64,000 nt of DNA from a virus: positions 13,815-77,814 of the IMG/VR virus record IMGVR_UViG_3300048065_001264. One strand, written 5' to 3'. Within the stretch, counting starts at the first letter, position 1, and the number at the start of each line of letters is the position of its first letter. The notes below the pieces were generated by a model. It was not told the DNA's origin and searched no databases. It was given only the letters and a program-made list of their open reading frames with translations. Shown here one piece after another: positions 19,318-27,768 of this stretch. Made by a program: the position numbers and the translations under genes.

Positions 19318-20919
19318 TCATTTAAGTAACCAATCTAAACTTTCCGTTCCTCCGTATGGATTTTTCATTTCATACGGATTGCTTTTTAGTCCAGATTGTA
19401 AATATGCGTCACCCACATTCATGTTTGTAGTGCTTCCCATGTAGTCAAATAGATTTTTTTGAGTTTGTATGTTTTCTGATCTAAATCTTAATGCGGTATC
19501 CCTAACCCAAAGTGCCATGCATAAACTCATAACCAAATCATCATTGTATCCTTGCATTGCTTCTGCACGTTGTCCATTCCACACAAATGTAAAAAGTTCT
19601 TCTAAAGTTCTTTCTGATACTAGTTGTACTTCCTTCTCTCTTACATAACTTTCCATTTTACTTATAATTAGTGGTCGTGTTTTTACGGATGTAGTAAAAC
19701 CAGGAACCTGTTTTTTCTCCATTCGATTTAATTTATTTGTATGTTGTGAAAATTCGTCTATATATTGATAATCCCTTTGTGTATAGTATAAATTAGAATA
19801 TCCTTTGTCTATAATTTGTTGTAATACTGCCCACCCAATGTTAGCATTTTCTACCACCAACAAAGCACCATTAAACTCACTTGCAACTGCAACGAGTAGG
19901 TTACCGAAATCTTTTGTTTCAATTTCTCCTTTAAATTCAGCAACTTGCTTTACATTTTCTACATCAAAAACATGAAAAGCACTTTTATCACGACCATCCC
20001 CTCTTGCAACATCGGCTGCTACTACATAATCTTTGTTATGATTTGGATATTCCCATAACCAGTATTCTTTGTTTGCTCCTCGTTTTTCAACAGGTTCTTG
20101 CATCGTACTTTCTTTGTACCACTCAATCAAACTTGCATCTACAACAGAACGACCACTACTGATAAAGTCACAATCACACTCTTGGGCTGCGTCTTTTTCT
20201 CCAAGAACCTTTGTTTGCAAGTCCCTCCACTCTTGGTCTCTTTCAGGATGCAATGACCAATGCAAATTAATTGGATTAAAGTCATTTGATCCATCCATAG
20301 TACCAACCCAAGTTTTGTGGAAAAAGTTACCGATACCATTCGGAGTTGATAACAGAATAGAACGACCACCAGTTGTAATTGTAGATTGTGACGCAGTCCA
20401 TATATCTTCCATGTTTGTAATAAACGCACACTCGTCCACGATAAGTAAACTCAATGATGACGAACGAGAAGCATCTACACTACTTGAGGCTGCACGAATA
20501 TTACTTCCGTTTTTAAAACGCATACTAAGTTTGTTTTTTTCTGTACACTCACTTCGCAACCAACTCGGTAGATGTTCAGACATATGAGTTACTTTTGTAA
20601 CAATGTTTTTTGCAGTTTCTTGATTGATAGCAATACAAAGAATACTTTTATCTGTAAAAAAGGTCATCAACCACAATGCGTATCCTGATACAAGGGTGGA
20701 TATTCCCATTTGTCTTGCTTTTAAAACAATATTAAATTGTTCGTCCTTAAAACTCTCTAGTGTCTTTTCTTGGAATTCATATAAATGAAAAGGAATTGTA
20801 CCTAGTGTTGGGTGTTGAATTTTGCAATACTTTTTCATAAAGTATGCAGGTGATTTTAAACACTCACTATATTCCTGTTTTATTAAATCTCTTAATGGTA
20901 TTTTACTTTCGTCAGCCAT
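19318..20919 (-). CDS. gp17: terminase large subunit (gp17-like)
   Basis: LYEFQ Q-motif, ARQMGIS, LLIVDE, STPNG, nuclease DVARG..D and DDLVM motifs. Confidence 0.96.
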   Translation of the reverse strand: MADESKIPLRDLIKQEYSECLKSPAYFMKKYCKIQHPTLGTIPFHLYEFQEKTLESFKDEQFNIVLKARQMGISTLVSGYALWLMTFFTDKSILCIAINQETAKNIVTKVTHMSEHLPSWLRSECTEKNKLSMRFKNGSNIRAASSSVDASRSSSLSLLIVDECAFITNMEDIWTASQSTITTGGRSILLSTPNGIGNFFHKTWVGTMDGSNDFNPINLHWSLHPERDQEWRDLQTKVLGEKDAAQECDCDFISSGRSVVDASLIEWYKESTMQEPVEKRGANKEYWLWEYPNHNKDYVVAADVARGDGRDKSAFHVFDVENVKQVAEFKGEIETKDFGNLLVAVASEFNGALLVVENANIGWAVLQQIIDKGYSNLYYTQRDYQYIDEFSQHTNKLNRMEKKQVPGFTTSVKTRPLIISKMESYVREKEVQLVSERTLEELFTFVWNGQRAEAMQGYNDDLVMSLCMALWVRDTALRFRSENIQTQKNLFDYMGSTTNMNVGDAYLQSGLKSNPYEMKNPYGGTESLDWLLK

Positions 20920-20924
20920 TAAGG

Positions 20925-20932
20925 ATAAATAT
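20925..20932 (-). promoter_or_regulatory. putative phage late promoter ATATTTAT upstream of the terminase gene
   Basis: 5 nt upstream of ATG 20919; no RBS. Confidence 0.65.
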
Positions 20933-20977
20933 ATATGTATTTAATTTTCTATAATATAAAAAGTTTCGAGGTATCGT

Positions 20978-21604
20978 CTAAAATTTTATATCGTCATACT
21001 CTAGTAAATTTTTTTCAACTTCTTGGAGTCTTTTTTCAAGTTCTTCTAAGTCGGACTCAAGGTCTTTCATAAGTTCACCTTTGTTTGGTAAACTCCATTT
21101 TTCAAGTGTTCCGTTTTCGTTCAAAAATTCTGGATCATTTGTGATATGTTCACGAGATTCTACAAGTTTTGTGCGAGTATCAAATAGAAAACTTCTTTCA
21201 TTCTCAAGCATAGTTTTCTTTTCATATGCTTCATATTTTCCTTCTTTTTTTAACTTTTCTTCATGTTCCGCAACACAATCAAAGCAAATCCCTTTCATTG
21301 CAAGCATTCTTTTATCTAAATACTTTGTAGGATCGCAAGTACAAACTTCTTTTGGACAATTGGGTGCTTCTCGTAAAGACTTACGTACTTTATCAAACAT
21401 TGTTTCGGTTCGAACTTTTGTATTTGCACCAATCTGCTTCCATTCTTTTCCGTCTTTGTCTGTCCAGACTTCCCCAATAGCACGAACTATTTGCTCTTCC
21501 AATTCTCCTTCATACCCATGTACTTTTGGTATTTCTTCACCTTTAAATAATTTACGTGATCGTTTAATCACGTGCTTTAAATCTTCTTTATCCATTTTAG
21601 CCAT
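20978..21604 (-). CDS. hypothetical protein (GEVWTD.DG..W motif, Cys-rich region, coiled coil)
   Basis: 208-aa ORF with CPKEVCTC and CFDC. Confidence 0.75.
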   Translation of the reverse strand: MAKMDKEDLKHVIKRSRKLFKGEEIPKVHGYEGELEEQIVRAIGEVWTDKDGKEWKQIGANTKVRTETMFDKVRKSLREAPNCPKEVCTCDPTKYLDKRMLAMKGICFDCVAEHEEKLKKEGKYEAYEKKTMLENERSFLFDTRTKLVESREHITNDPEFLNENGTLEKWSLPNKGELMKDLESDLEELEKRLQEVEKNLLEYDDIKF

Positions 21605-21611
21605 AGTTTGT

Positions 21612-21640
21612 ATTATGACACTTTAAATTAGTTTTGTCAA
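21612..21640 (-). promoter_or_regulatory. sigma70-like promoter with extended -10
   Basis: TTGACA-17 nt-(TGn)CATAAT, 7 nt upstream of ATG 21604. Confidence 0.7.
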
Positions 21641-21643
21641 ATA

Positions 21644-22045
21644 TTATGACAAACTTTCTAATTTTTTAATACACTCATCCAAAAAAACATTTATCAAAAA
21701 ATTTTCATATTGCTTTCTATATTTTTTTCGTTGATGGTCCGTTAAATCATATTGCATAAAAAATAGTTTTTCACAACACTCATCTTCGTTTCTAAATCTG
21801 TCATGTATTGCTTGTATTATTTTTTTTACAGGTACATGAATTTCGTTGTACCCATACAAGTATATAATAAACAATGATGTGTTTTTTGCTTCTTCGGATA
21901 TTAAATCTACAAACTCTCTGTCTAAATAATTAATTTTTTGAGGTAATGTAGCACGGTGTGAAGTTCTAAATTTATTTTTAGTTTCATCTATAAACTTTTC
22001 AACCTCTTCTACTTTTAAATAAACATTACCATTCAGCTTAATCAT
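21644..22045 (-). CDS. hypothetical protein
   Basis: 133-aa ORF overlapping the upstream stop codon (ATGA). Confidence 0.65.
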   Translation of the reverse strand: MIKLNGNVYLKVEEVEKFIDETKNKFRTSHRATLPQKINYLDREFVDLISEEAKNTSLFIIYLYGYNEIHVPVKKIIQAIHDRFRNEDECCEKLFFMQYDLTDHQRKKYRKQYENFLINVFLDECIKKLESLS

Positions 22046-22425
22046 ATTTTTAAATCCAAAATTTTAGTATTCGGACTATTTGCCAACTCCCTACCTTTTG
22101 GGCCTAATGTCATAAGAACAATATTAAGTGTTGGTTTATTGTCACTTAAAATAAATTTAGATACAAAAACTATATCATACCTATATCTTTTATCCCTCAG
22201 AATATATTTTTTTTCTGTGTTACCTGTTCGTACTAAATCTTTAATAGATGCAGATATTATTAAATTTTTTCCTCTTGCAAGTGTCGATTTTATTTCATCG
22301 TTCCGTATAAACGAAAATCCATCTCGTTTTTTTCGCACAAAAGAATGAAATGTTGAATTGATACTTATATTAAAATCAATACATTTTTTAAAAATCTTAT
22401 TTATTTCTTCGCATAAATTAATCAT
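22042..22425 (-). CDS. hypothetical protein, possibly BECR-fold RNase-like
   Basis: Likely start ATG at 22425 (ATGATTAA overlap with upstream stop); HSFVRKKR...I..DEIKSTL..G pattern. Confidence 0.5.
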   Translation of the reverse strand: MINLCEEINKIFKKCIDFNISINSTFHSFVRKKRDGFSFIRNDEIKSTLARGKNLIISASIKDLVRTGNTEKKYILRDKRYRYDIVFVSKFILSDNKPTLNIVLMTLGPKGRELANSPNTKILDLKI

Positions 22426-23299
22426 ATTTGCCTTTTTTAAAATCTCTACGATCATATGCTTTTTTGCTTTGCATGGGACGACTTTTAGGCATGGTTGATT
22501 TACGTATTTTTTTATATGCATCGAGTTTTGTAATCAACTTTTTCTTTTTTGCTTCTGTTAATTTTTGTATTTTATGAACAAGCATTTTTATATATTCTTT
22601 TTTACTACCACGGCCTTTAAAATAAGAACTTTTGTCACTTAGCATTTTCGCAACATCAAGAATTGCCTTTAAATCTTTTAAATTTTCCTCTTTTTCTTTA
22701 TCTTCTTTCATATTGTTAGGCCCATCTATTTTTGTAAACTCTACATAAAACAATCCAGTCTTTGAAGATTCAAATGGTTTTCCTCCTACTTTTTTGCAAT
22801 GTAGTTTTGCGTCATCTCTTGTTTTGAATGCATATGGTTTTAAGTCACCATTTACATATTTAGCAGATACTTCTGGGTACGATCCATTAACACTTAATGT
22901 AAGCACACCATGTTTATTTTCCTGATCAACTTCGGTCATTTCACCTTTATCATTACCCTTTGCTCTTACTTTTTTTAATCGTTCAAGTTCTTTTTTCTTT
23001 ACGACAGGTAAAAGTTTTTTTGCTATACGATTTATAACACCAGGTTTGGTTGCTAACTTTTTATCAATTTTTTCTTTAGCAGTAATTGCAAGTGAACTAT
23101 AACTTTGACCACCTGTCATTCTTTTTACTAAAATATTTTTTGCTTTTTTTTGTGCAATTGCTTTTAGTTGATCTGTACCTTTTCTTTTTTTCTCTTTGCG
23201 CTTTCTAGCACGTTCTCTTTTTTTCTGAGTTCGTTTTGCTCGAATTGCCATTTTCTTCCTAGCTGCCCGAGAAATTTGCTTTTCATTTTGTTGTTCCAT
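22418..23299 (-). CDS. very basic multi-segment hypothetical protein
   Basis: Lys/Arg-rich N- and C-terminal segments; RIAKKLLP..KK.E.ERL. Confidence 0.7.
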   Translation of the reverse strand: MEQQNEKQISRAARKKMAIRAKRTQKKRERARKRKEKKRKGTDQLKAIAQKKAKNILVKRMTGGQSYSSLAITAKEKIDKKLATKPGVINRIAKKLLPVVKKKELERLKKVRAKGNDKGEMTEVDQENKHGVLTLSVNGSYPEVSAKYVNGDLKPYAFKTRDDAKLHCKKVGGKPFESSKTGLFYVEFTKIDGPNNMKEDKEKEENLKDLKAILDVAKMLSDKSSYFKGRGSKKEYIKMLVHKIQKLTEAKKKKLITKLDAYKKIRKSTMPKSRPMQSKKAYDRRDFKKGKYD

Positions 23300-23300
23300 A

Positions 23301-25814
23301 TTAGAACCTCATTATACCCATAATTTGATTTATAGGAGCAAATGTTCCGGTTAGTTTATATGTTCCACCTTTATATTGAAATACAACACCTTCTGTTGGT
23401 GCGATTGCGTTGCTTCCACCAATAGAATTAAGACGATTGAGATTTTTATTTAACTTCTCCATGTCTTTTTTAAACTTATCAGGTGATTCAACAGAACCAA
23501 TCTTTTTTGATTCTAATGTTTTAACATGAACATCAAGTGCCTTTGCTATATCATCACTTCCTCCGGCCGCAACGAATCCTTTTACATTCTTTAATACTTC
23601 CGCACCCAATTTCAAAAAGATGAATTGAAATGGCCACATATTTTCTTCAAATTGTTTTGTAATATCTTCTTTTTCAAACTTAGTAACCCACGCAAGTAAC
23701 TTTGGGTGATCAGATAAGTCTTTTTTAATAGTGGTGATTTTGTTAGACTTATCATTATATGCCCAACGACCAATAAGTGCTTCGTATACGTTTGATGGAA
23801 ATATCTCTTTAGTTTTTGTTTGTTGTTTATTTAATAAATCTCTCCACCAAGAATCATGATACTTCATTACTTTGTCGTTGTCTTTTAATCTAAATTTGTT
23901 TTTAAGTTTATCTATTTTAGCAGAATACTTTGCATAAGAATCTCCAAATGTTTTGCTTTTAGGAAGTTCTACCACAATCGGTGCATTTAAAGAATATCGT
24001 TTTTGAACATCTGCGTTAATTTGTTTCAACATACCTTTAAGCATTCTTGCAGAATCTTTAAGTTCACTTGTTATATCATTTCCTTCAGAATCTACACTTA
24101 CTGCTTTTCCTGCGGAATCGTATGCTTGTGTTCCGTGAAATACTAACATATCTACATTTTGAGGAATCACATTTTGTGTTGCTGGTGTCATTACTTCTAT
24201 ATTCATAAAACGTTCACCTTCACGAAATACTTTATTCTTTTGTGCATCGGTAAGACCAGATATAGCAGTTTCCAAATCTTCAACTGCACTTACAAATGCA
24301 TCACGAATATTATCAGGACGATCAGCAAATATACTTGAAAATTCTTTTACATTAGGTGCGGCTGCTCCTGCGTTTTTTAAATGACCTTGATTTCTTGCAG
24401 CCACCAACTGACCATCTTTCCAAGAAAACATTAAATTTTGTCCATCAAGTTTTTCAGTAACTTCTTTTTCAACATTTAATTCACCTGCGAGTGATCTACG
24501 AATCATTTCTTTTAAATCACCGAATGTTAACTCACGATCATCAAAAGGATGACTCATATGACCGGCCGCACCTCCCTCTGTAAGCAAGTTTTCATTTATT
24601 GACTGACCGTTTACACCTGTTTCTAATTTATTTTCATCTTCGTTATCTTTAACATCTAGTGTATTTCCGTCTACATTTTCGTCTCCTGATTTATCTATTT
24701 TTCGTATCGATGATTCAGAGCCTACAAAATCTACTAATTTAAATCCAGTTGTTTCTGCCACATTTTCTATAAAAGATACCCACTGTTGATGTGCCTGTGA
24801 AGATTTTTCAGTATCAATTTGGTTTGTAGGAGTTTGTGCATCAGATACTCCAGACGGATAAAAACTAACTGCCGATACGGGACCGGAATAATCTCCGTAT
24901 TCACGATAATCTGAGTTTCTTCCTTTGTCGTTTTTATCCACCACATAATCAAGTAATTCATAACCAAGTTTTTTTGCTCTTTTAAGAGTATGTGTTTCAT
25001 ACGATTTGTTTGGAAAGAAAGAAGATGGACCGTCATCCACTATCTGCTTACCAAGTGATCCTATTGTACTTAATTCATTTAAAATATTTGGAAATGTTTT
25101 AATAAATGGTAGTAATTTTGGATATTCACTTAAAAAGTTTTCAAATAATTCCTCGTTTTCAAACAATGTGCTAAACTTCTTGGTAAGGTATTTAAATATT
25201 TTTTCGTCATACCACCCAAATAATTCTTTAAATGCTTGAATTTTTGTCATTTTATCATGCTCAGGACTGCCTAGTAAATCACGGATACGAGTACCACTTA
25301 CTTCCTTACCCAACACCTTAATACTTACATGAGGAGCAACGATGAAATATCCATGCTCACCGTATGGTTTCAAATCATTCTTATTTTTCTCATACGATTG
25401 ATAATATGCAGGAGAACCATCTGCTTTAGTTGTTTTTAATCTACCTGCATCTTTTTCTCCGAAAATATAAACGACAGCAGTTGTATTTGGGTCATACTTC
25501 TTTAAAATTTCTTCGCATACATATGGATTTTTCACTTTGACTACGTTTTTGACACCATGTTTTGTCCACACCATTTTCTTTTCTTTAAAATTAAGAGGAC
25601 TTTTTGTGGCATCGGTTTTATTACTTGTAGCAACATATGCTTTATCAAACTTACCATCCAACCATTTGTATGTTTTGTGATGGTGAACACCAGCTGGCTG
25701 AAATCTACCAGGATATATACCGATTACTTTGCGTATAGAATCTTCATTTAAAGCGTCACCCACTACATAGTCTGTGAGATTCTTCGTAAGTAACTCTTTT
25801 AAATCAACATTCAC
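23301..25814 (-). CDS. HIGH-type nucleotidyltransferase (cytidylyltransferase-like) fused to an ATP-dependent ligase-like domain
   Basis: N-terminal YPGRFQP...HH, SPL.F.EK, VSGTRIR; C-terminal EKLDG (motif I), EGVV (motif IV), YKL (motif V). Confidence 0.7.
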   Translation of the reverse strand: MNVDLKELLTKNLTDYVVGDALNEDSIRKVIGIYPGRFQPAGVHHHKTYKWLDGKFDKAYVATSNKTDATKSPLNFKEKKMVWTKHGVKNVVKVKNPYVCEEILKKYDPNTTAVVYIFGEKDAGRLKTTKADGSPAYYQSYEKNKNDLKPYGEHGYFIVAPHVSIKVLGKEVSGTRIRDLLGSPEHDKMTKIQAFKELFGWYDEKIFKYLTKKFSTLFENEELFENFLSEYPKLLPFIKTFPNILNELSTIGSLGKQIVDDGPSSFFPNKSYETHTLKRAKKLGYELLDYVVDKNDKGRNSDYREYGDYSGPVSAVSFYPSGVSDAQTPTNQIDTEKSSQAHQQWVSFIENVAETTGFKLVDFVGSESSIRKIDKSGDENVDGNTLDVKDNEDENKLETGVNGQSINENLLTEGGAAGHMSHPFDDRELTFGDLKEMIRRSLAGELNVEKEVTEKLDGQNLMFSWKDGQLVAARNQGHLKNAGAAAPNVKEFSSIFADRPDNIRDAFVSAVEDLETAISGLTDAQKNKVFREGERFMNIEVMTPATQNVIPQNVDMLVFHGTQAYDSAGKAVSVDSEGNDITSELKDSARMLKGMLKQINADVQKRYSLNAPIVVELPKSKTFGDSYAKYSAKIDKLKNKFRLKDNDKVMKYHDSWWRDLLNKQQTKTKEIFPSNVYEALIGRWAYNDKSNKITTIKKDLSDHPKLLAWVTKFEKEDITKQFEENMWPFQFIFLKLGAEVLKNVKGFVAAGGSDDIAKALDVHVKTLESKKIGSVESPDKFKKDMEKLNKNLNRLNSIGGSNAIAPTEGVVFQYKGGTYKLTGTFAPINQIMGIMRF

Positions 25815-26326
25815 TTATTTAAAATCTCGGAAAGAATTGTACGAATTTGTTTTCTGATTTTTTGCTCGTATACTCGTTTTTCAACAAATTTTTTGTATTC
25901 TACTTTAGACATAGGGGCAATTTCATCTGCCATTTCATCAAATCCTTTTCTTTTTAAGAATGCGATTACTTTATCTTTTGCCTTAAGAATACTTGAATGC
26001 ATATCTGACATAAAATCAATTGCTTGTTTGTATTCTTTACTTGTTATTTTAATTTCATTCATAGTTTTTTCCTCATACATTGACATATAAAAATCTTCAT
26101 CTTGTGCAGCTGCTTGAAAATCTCTCCATGCTTGCTCTGCCTCTTTTCCTACCATAATTACCTTTCCCTTTGGATAGTAAAGTATTTCGTCACCTTTTTT
26201 AAACTTTACACCACCCTTACGCAATCTGCGCTGGACTGGTAATCTTTGCTCGCCAGAAACTCCATCGTATTTTGATTTCATCCAAAAAGGATCATCTTTG
26301 TATTTTTTGTATTCTTTTATACTCAT
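25811..26326 (-). CDS. hypothetical protein
   Basis: Y.DDP.W...KY..., KKGDEILYYP; C-terminal IRKQIRTILSE helix. Confidence 0.7.
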   Translation of the reverse strand: MSIKEYKKYKDDPFWMKSKYDGVSGEQRLPVQRRLRKGGVKFKKGDEILYYPKGKVIMVGKEAEQAWRDFQAAAQDEDFYMSMYEEKTMNEIKITSKEYKQAIDFMSDMHSSILKAKDKVIAFLKRKGFDEMADEIAPMSKVEYKKFVEKRVYEQKIRKQIRTILSEILNK

Positions 26327-26328
26327 AA

Positions 26329-26682
26329 TTAGTCCTCAAAGTATTCAATAATTTTTCCAGTTTTAATGTGTTGTTTACAGGCCTTCTTTTTATCACGATG
26401 CATATGGGGTGCTTTGTCTAAATATTCTTGTGTACAATGAAATATATACCCATCTACAATAGGTCCTTCATCAGTTTCTCCCTCACTAAAAATTCCAATA
26501 AACTTGAAATCATCTTTTTCAGTTTTTAAAAGTTTCATTGCGAGTTTTTTTGCCCAATTCTCGTTTCCATGTTTTGATGATGAAAAACTAAAACGAGCAT
26601 GATTAGGAGCCATCTCAAGTCTCCACAACTCTCCTAGTTTTTCCTCGTTTATCAAATCATCTATAATACAATTAAAGTCCAT
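26329..26682 (-). CDS. hypothetical protein
   Basis: 117-aa ORF in the operon. Confidence 0.65.
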   Translation of the reverse strand: MDFNCIIDDLINEEKLGELWRLEMAPNHARFSFSSSKHGNENWAKKLAMKLLKTEKDDFKFIGIFSEGETDEGPIVDGYIFHCTQEYLDKAPHMHRDKKKACKQHIKTGKIIEYFED

Positions 26683-26687
26683 TATTT

Positions 26688-27725
26688 TTACTCTTTAAAG
26701 TCTAAATTTCTAATATGATGAAAGTATTTATTAAGTTGATTTTTAGATAACTCAAGACTATCAACTATACGAGAAAGTACTGCTAAATTTCTTTGTTCAT
26801 TTAAATCAAACTTTTTAATCACATGAATTGAACGACTTAAATGTCTTTCCAAGTCCATTGGTAAAACAACATCTTGCATTGTATCAATAGTATACTCTTC
26901 GTTTACACGACTTCTTTTGTCACCACTCTTGCTCATTTTATCATGTGCCATCATGATTTTAATCCATTTCTTTCCAATTGGATTTCTAATTGGTTTTGAA
27001 ATAAATTTTGCTACCTCTTTCATAAGTCGTGGAACTAAATCTAATCTACCTGGTTTTGTTTTACTACGAGTATCTTCTGAATTATCTACTATAACAAAAT
27101 TTGCTTTGAATAAACCTTGAAACTTACCAATATTTTTTTGAACATCTGTCCAAATATCTTTTACTATTTTTCTTGGAAGTTTTCTCTTACGCATTGCGTT
27201 TCTTTGTTGTGCCACATCTAATGTTGTATTTACAAACACCATATAGCAATCGTATCCAAGTTTTTCAAGTTCTTGTTTTTGCTTTGATATTTTGCTATAA
27301 TTATCACCTGTTCCGTCAACTATTACACCCAAACGGCCGTCTTTGAATAATTCAAATTGTTTAAGCATTATTTTCTTTGCACGTGAACGAACACTATTTG
27401 GATCATCACTTGTTACTTTAGCAAATGTTTCGTCATCCATTTTAGATAGATTCAGATCATATCCTGCTTTTTTAAGTAATATCTCAAATGCAGGATCACT
27501 ATTTACAATCTTTAATCCACTTGGAGATAAATTGGCTGCGTCAGGTGGAAAATTAAATAATGTATCAACAGTAGCAGATTTACCTGATCCAGGACCTCCT
27601 GCTAGAAATACTGCTTTTAAAATACCAGGATCATATACACCCTCTACAAGTGTAAAGTATCCTTTACGCAACCCTGCTTTAATCAGGGTTTCTTGGACTT
27701 TTTGATTTTCTTCGGATTTTTCCAT
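26688..27725 (-). CDS. P-loop kinase (zeta-toxin/AAA_33/polynucleotide kinase-like)
   Basis: AVFLAGGPGSGKS Walker A, VNSD, IVDGTG, A..RN..R.R lid. Confidence 0.85.
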   Translation of the reverse strand: MEKSEENQKVQETLIKAGLRKGYFTLVEGVYDPGILKAVFLAGGPGSGKSATVDTLFNFPPDAANLSPSGLKIVNSDPAFEILLKKAGYDLNLSKMDDETFAKVTSDDPNSVRSRAKKIMLKQFELFKDGRLGVIVDGTGDNYSKISKQKQELEKLGYDCYMVFVNTTLDVAQQRNAMRKRKLPRKIVKDIWTDVQKNIGKFQGLFKANFVIVDNSEDTRSKTKPGRLDLVPRLMKEVAKFISKPIRNPIGKKWIKIMMAHDKMSKSGDKRSRVNEEYTIDTMQDVVLPMDLERHLSRSIHVIKKFDLNEQRNLAVLSRIVDSLELSKNQLNKYFHHIRNLDFKE

Positions 27726-27768
27726 AAATACAATTCAGGTACATAATAAATATATATCTAAATATGTT

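Noticed and set aside
19318-20919. Intein in terminase, portal or primase
   Set aside because: Lengths and motif spacing are normal; no splicing motifs seen
22426-22521. Upstream extension of ORF 22042..22521
   Set aside because: It would overlap the previous gene by about 100 nt; the ATG at 22425 gives a typical coupled start
26688-27725. Classical zeta-epsilon toxin-antitoxin pair
   Set aside because: The kinase fold is compatible, but there is no recognisable antitoxin and the substrate cannot be assigned from sequence
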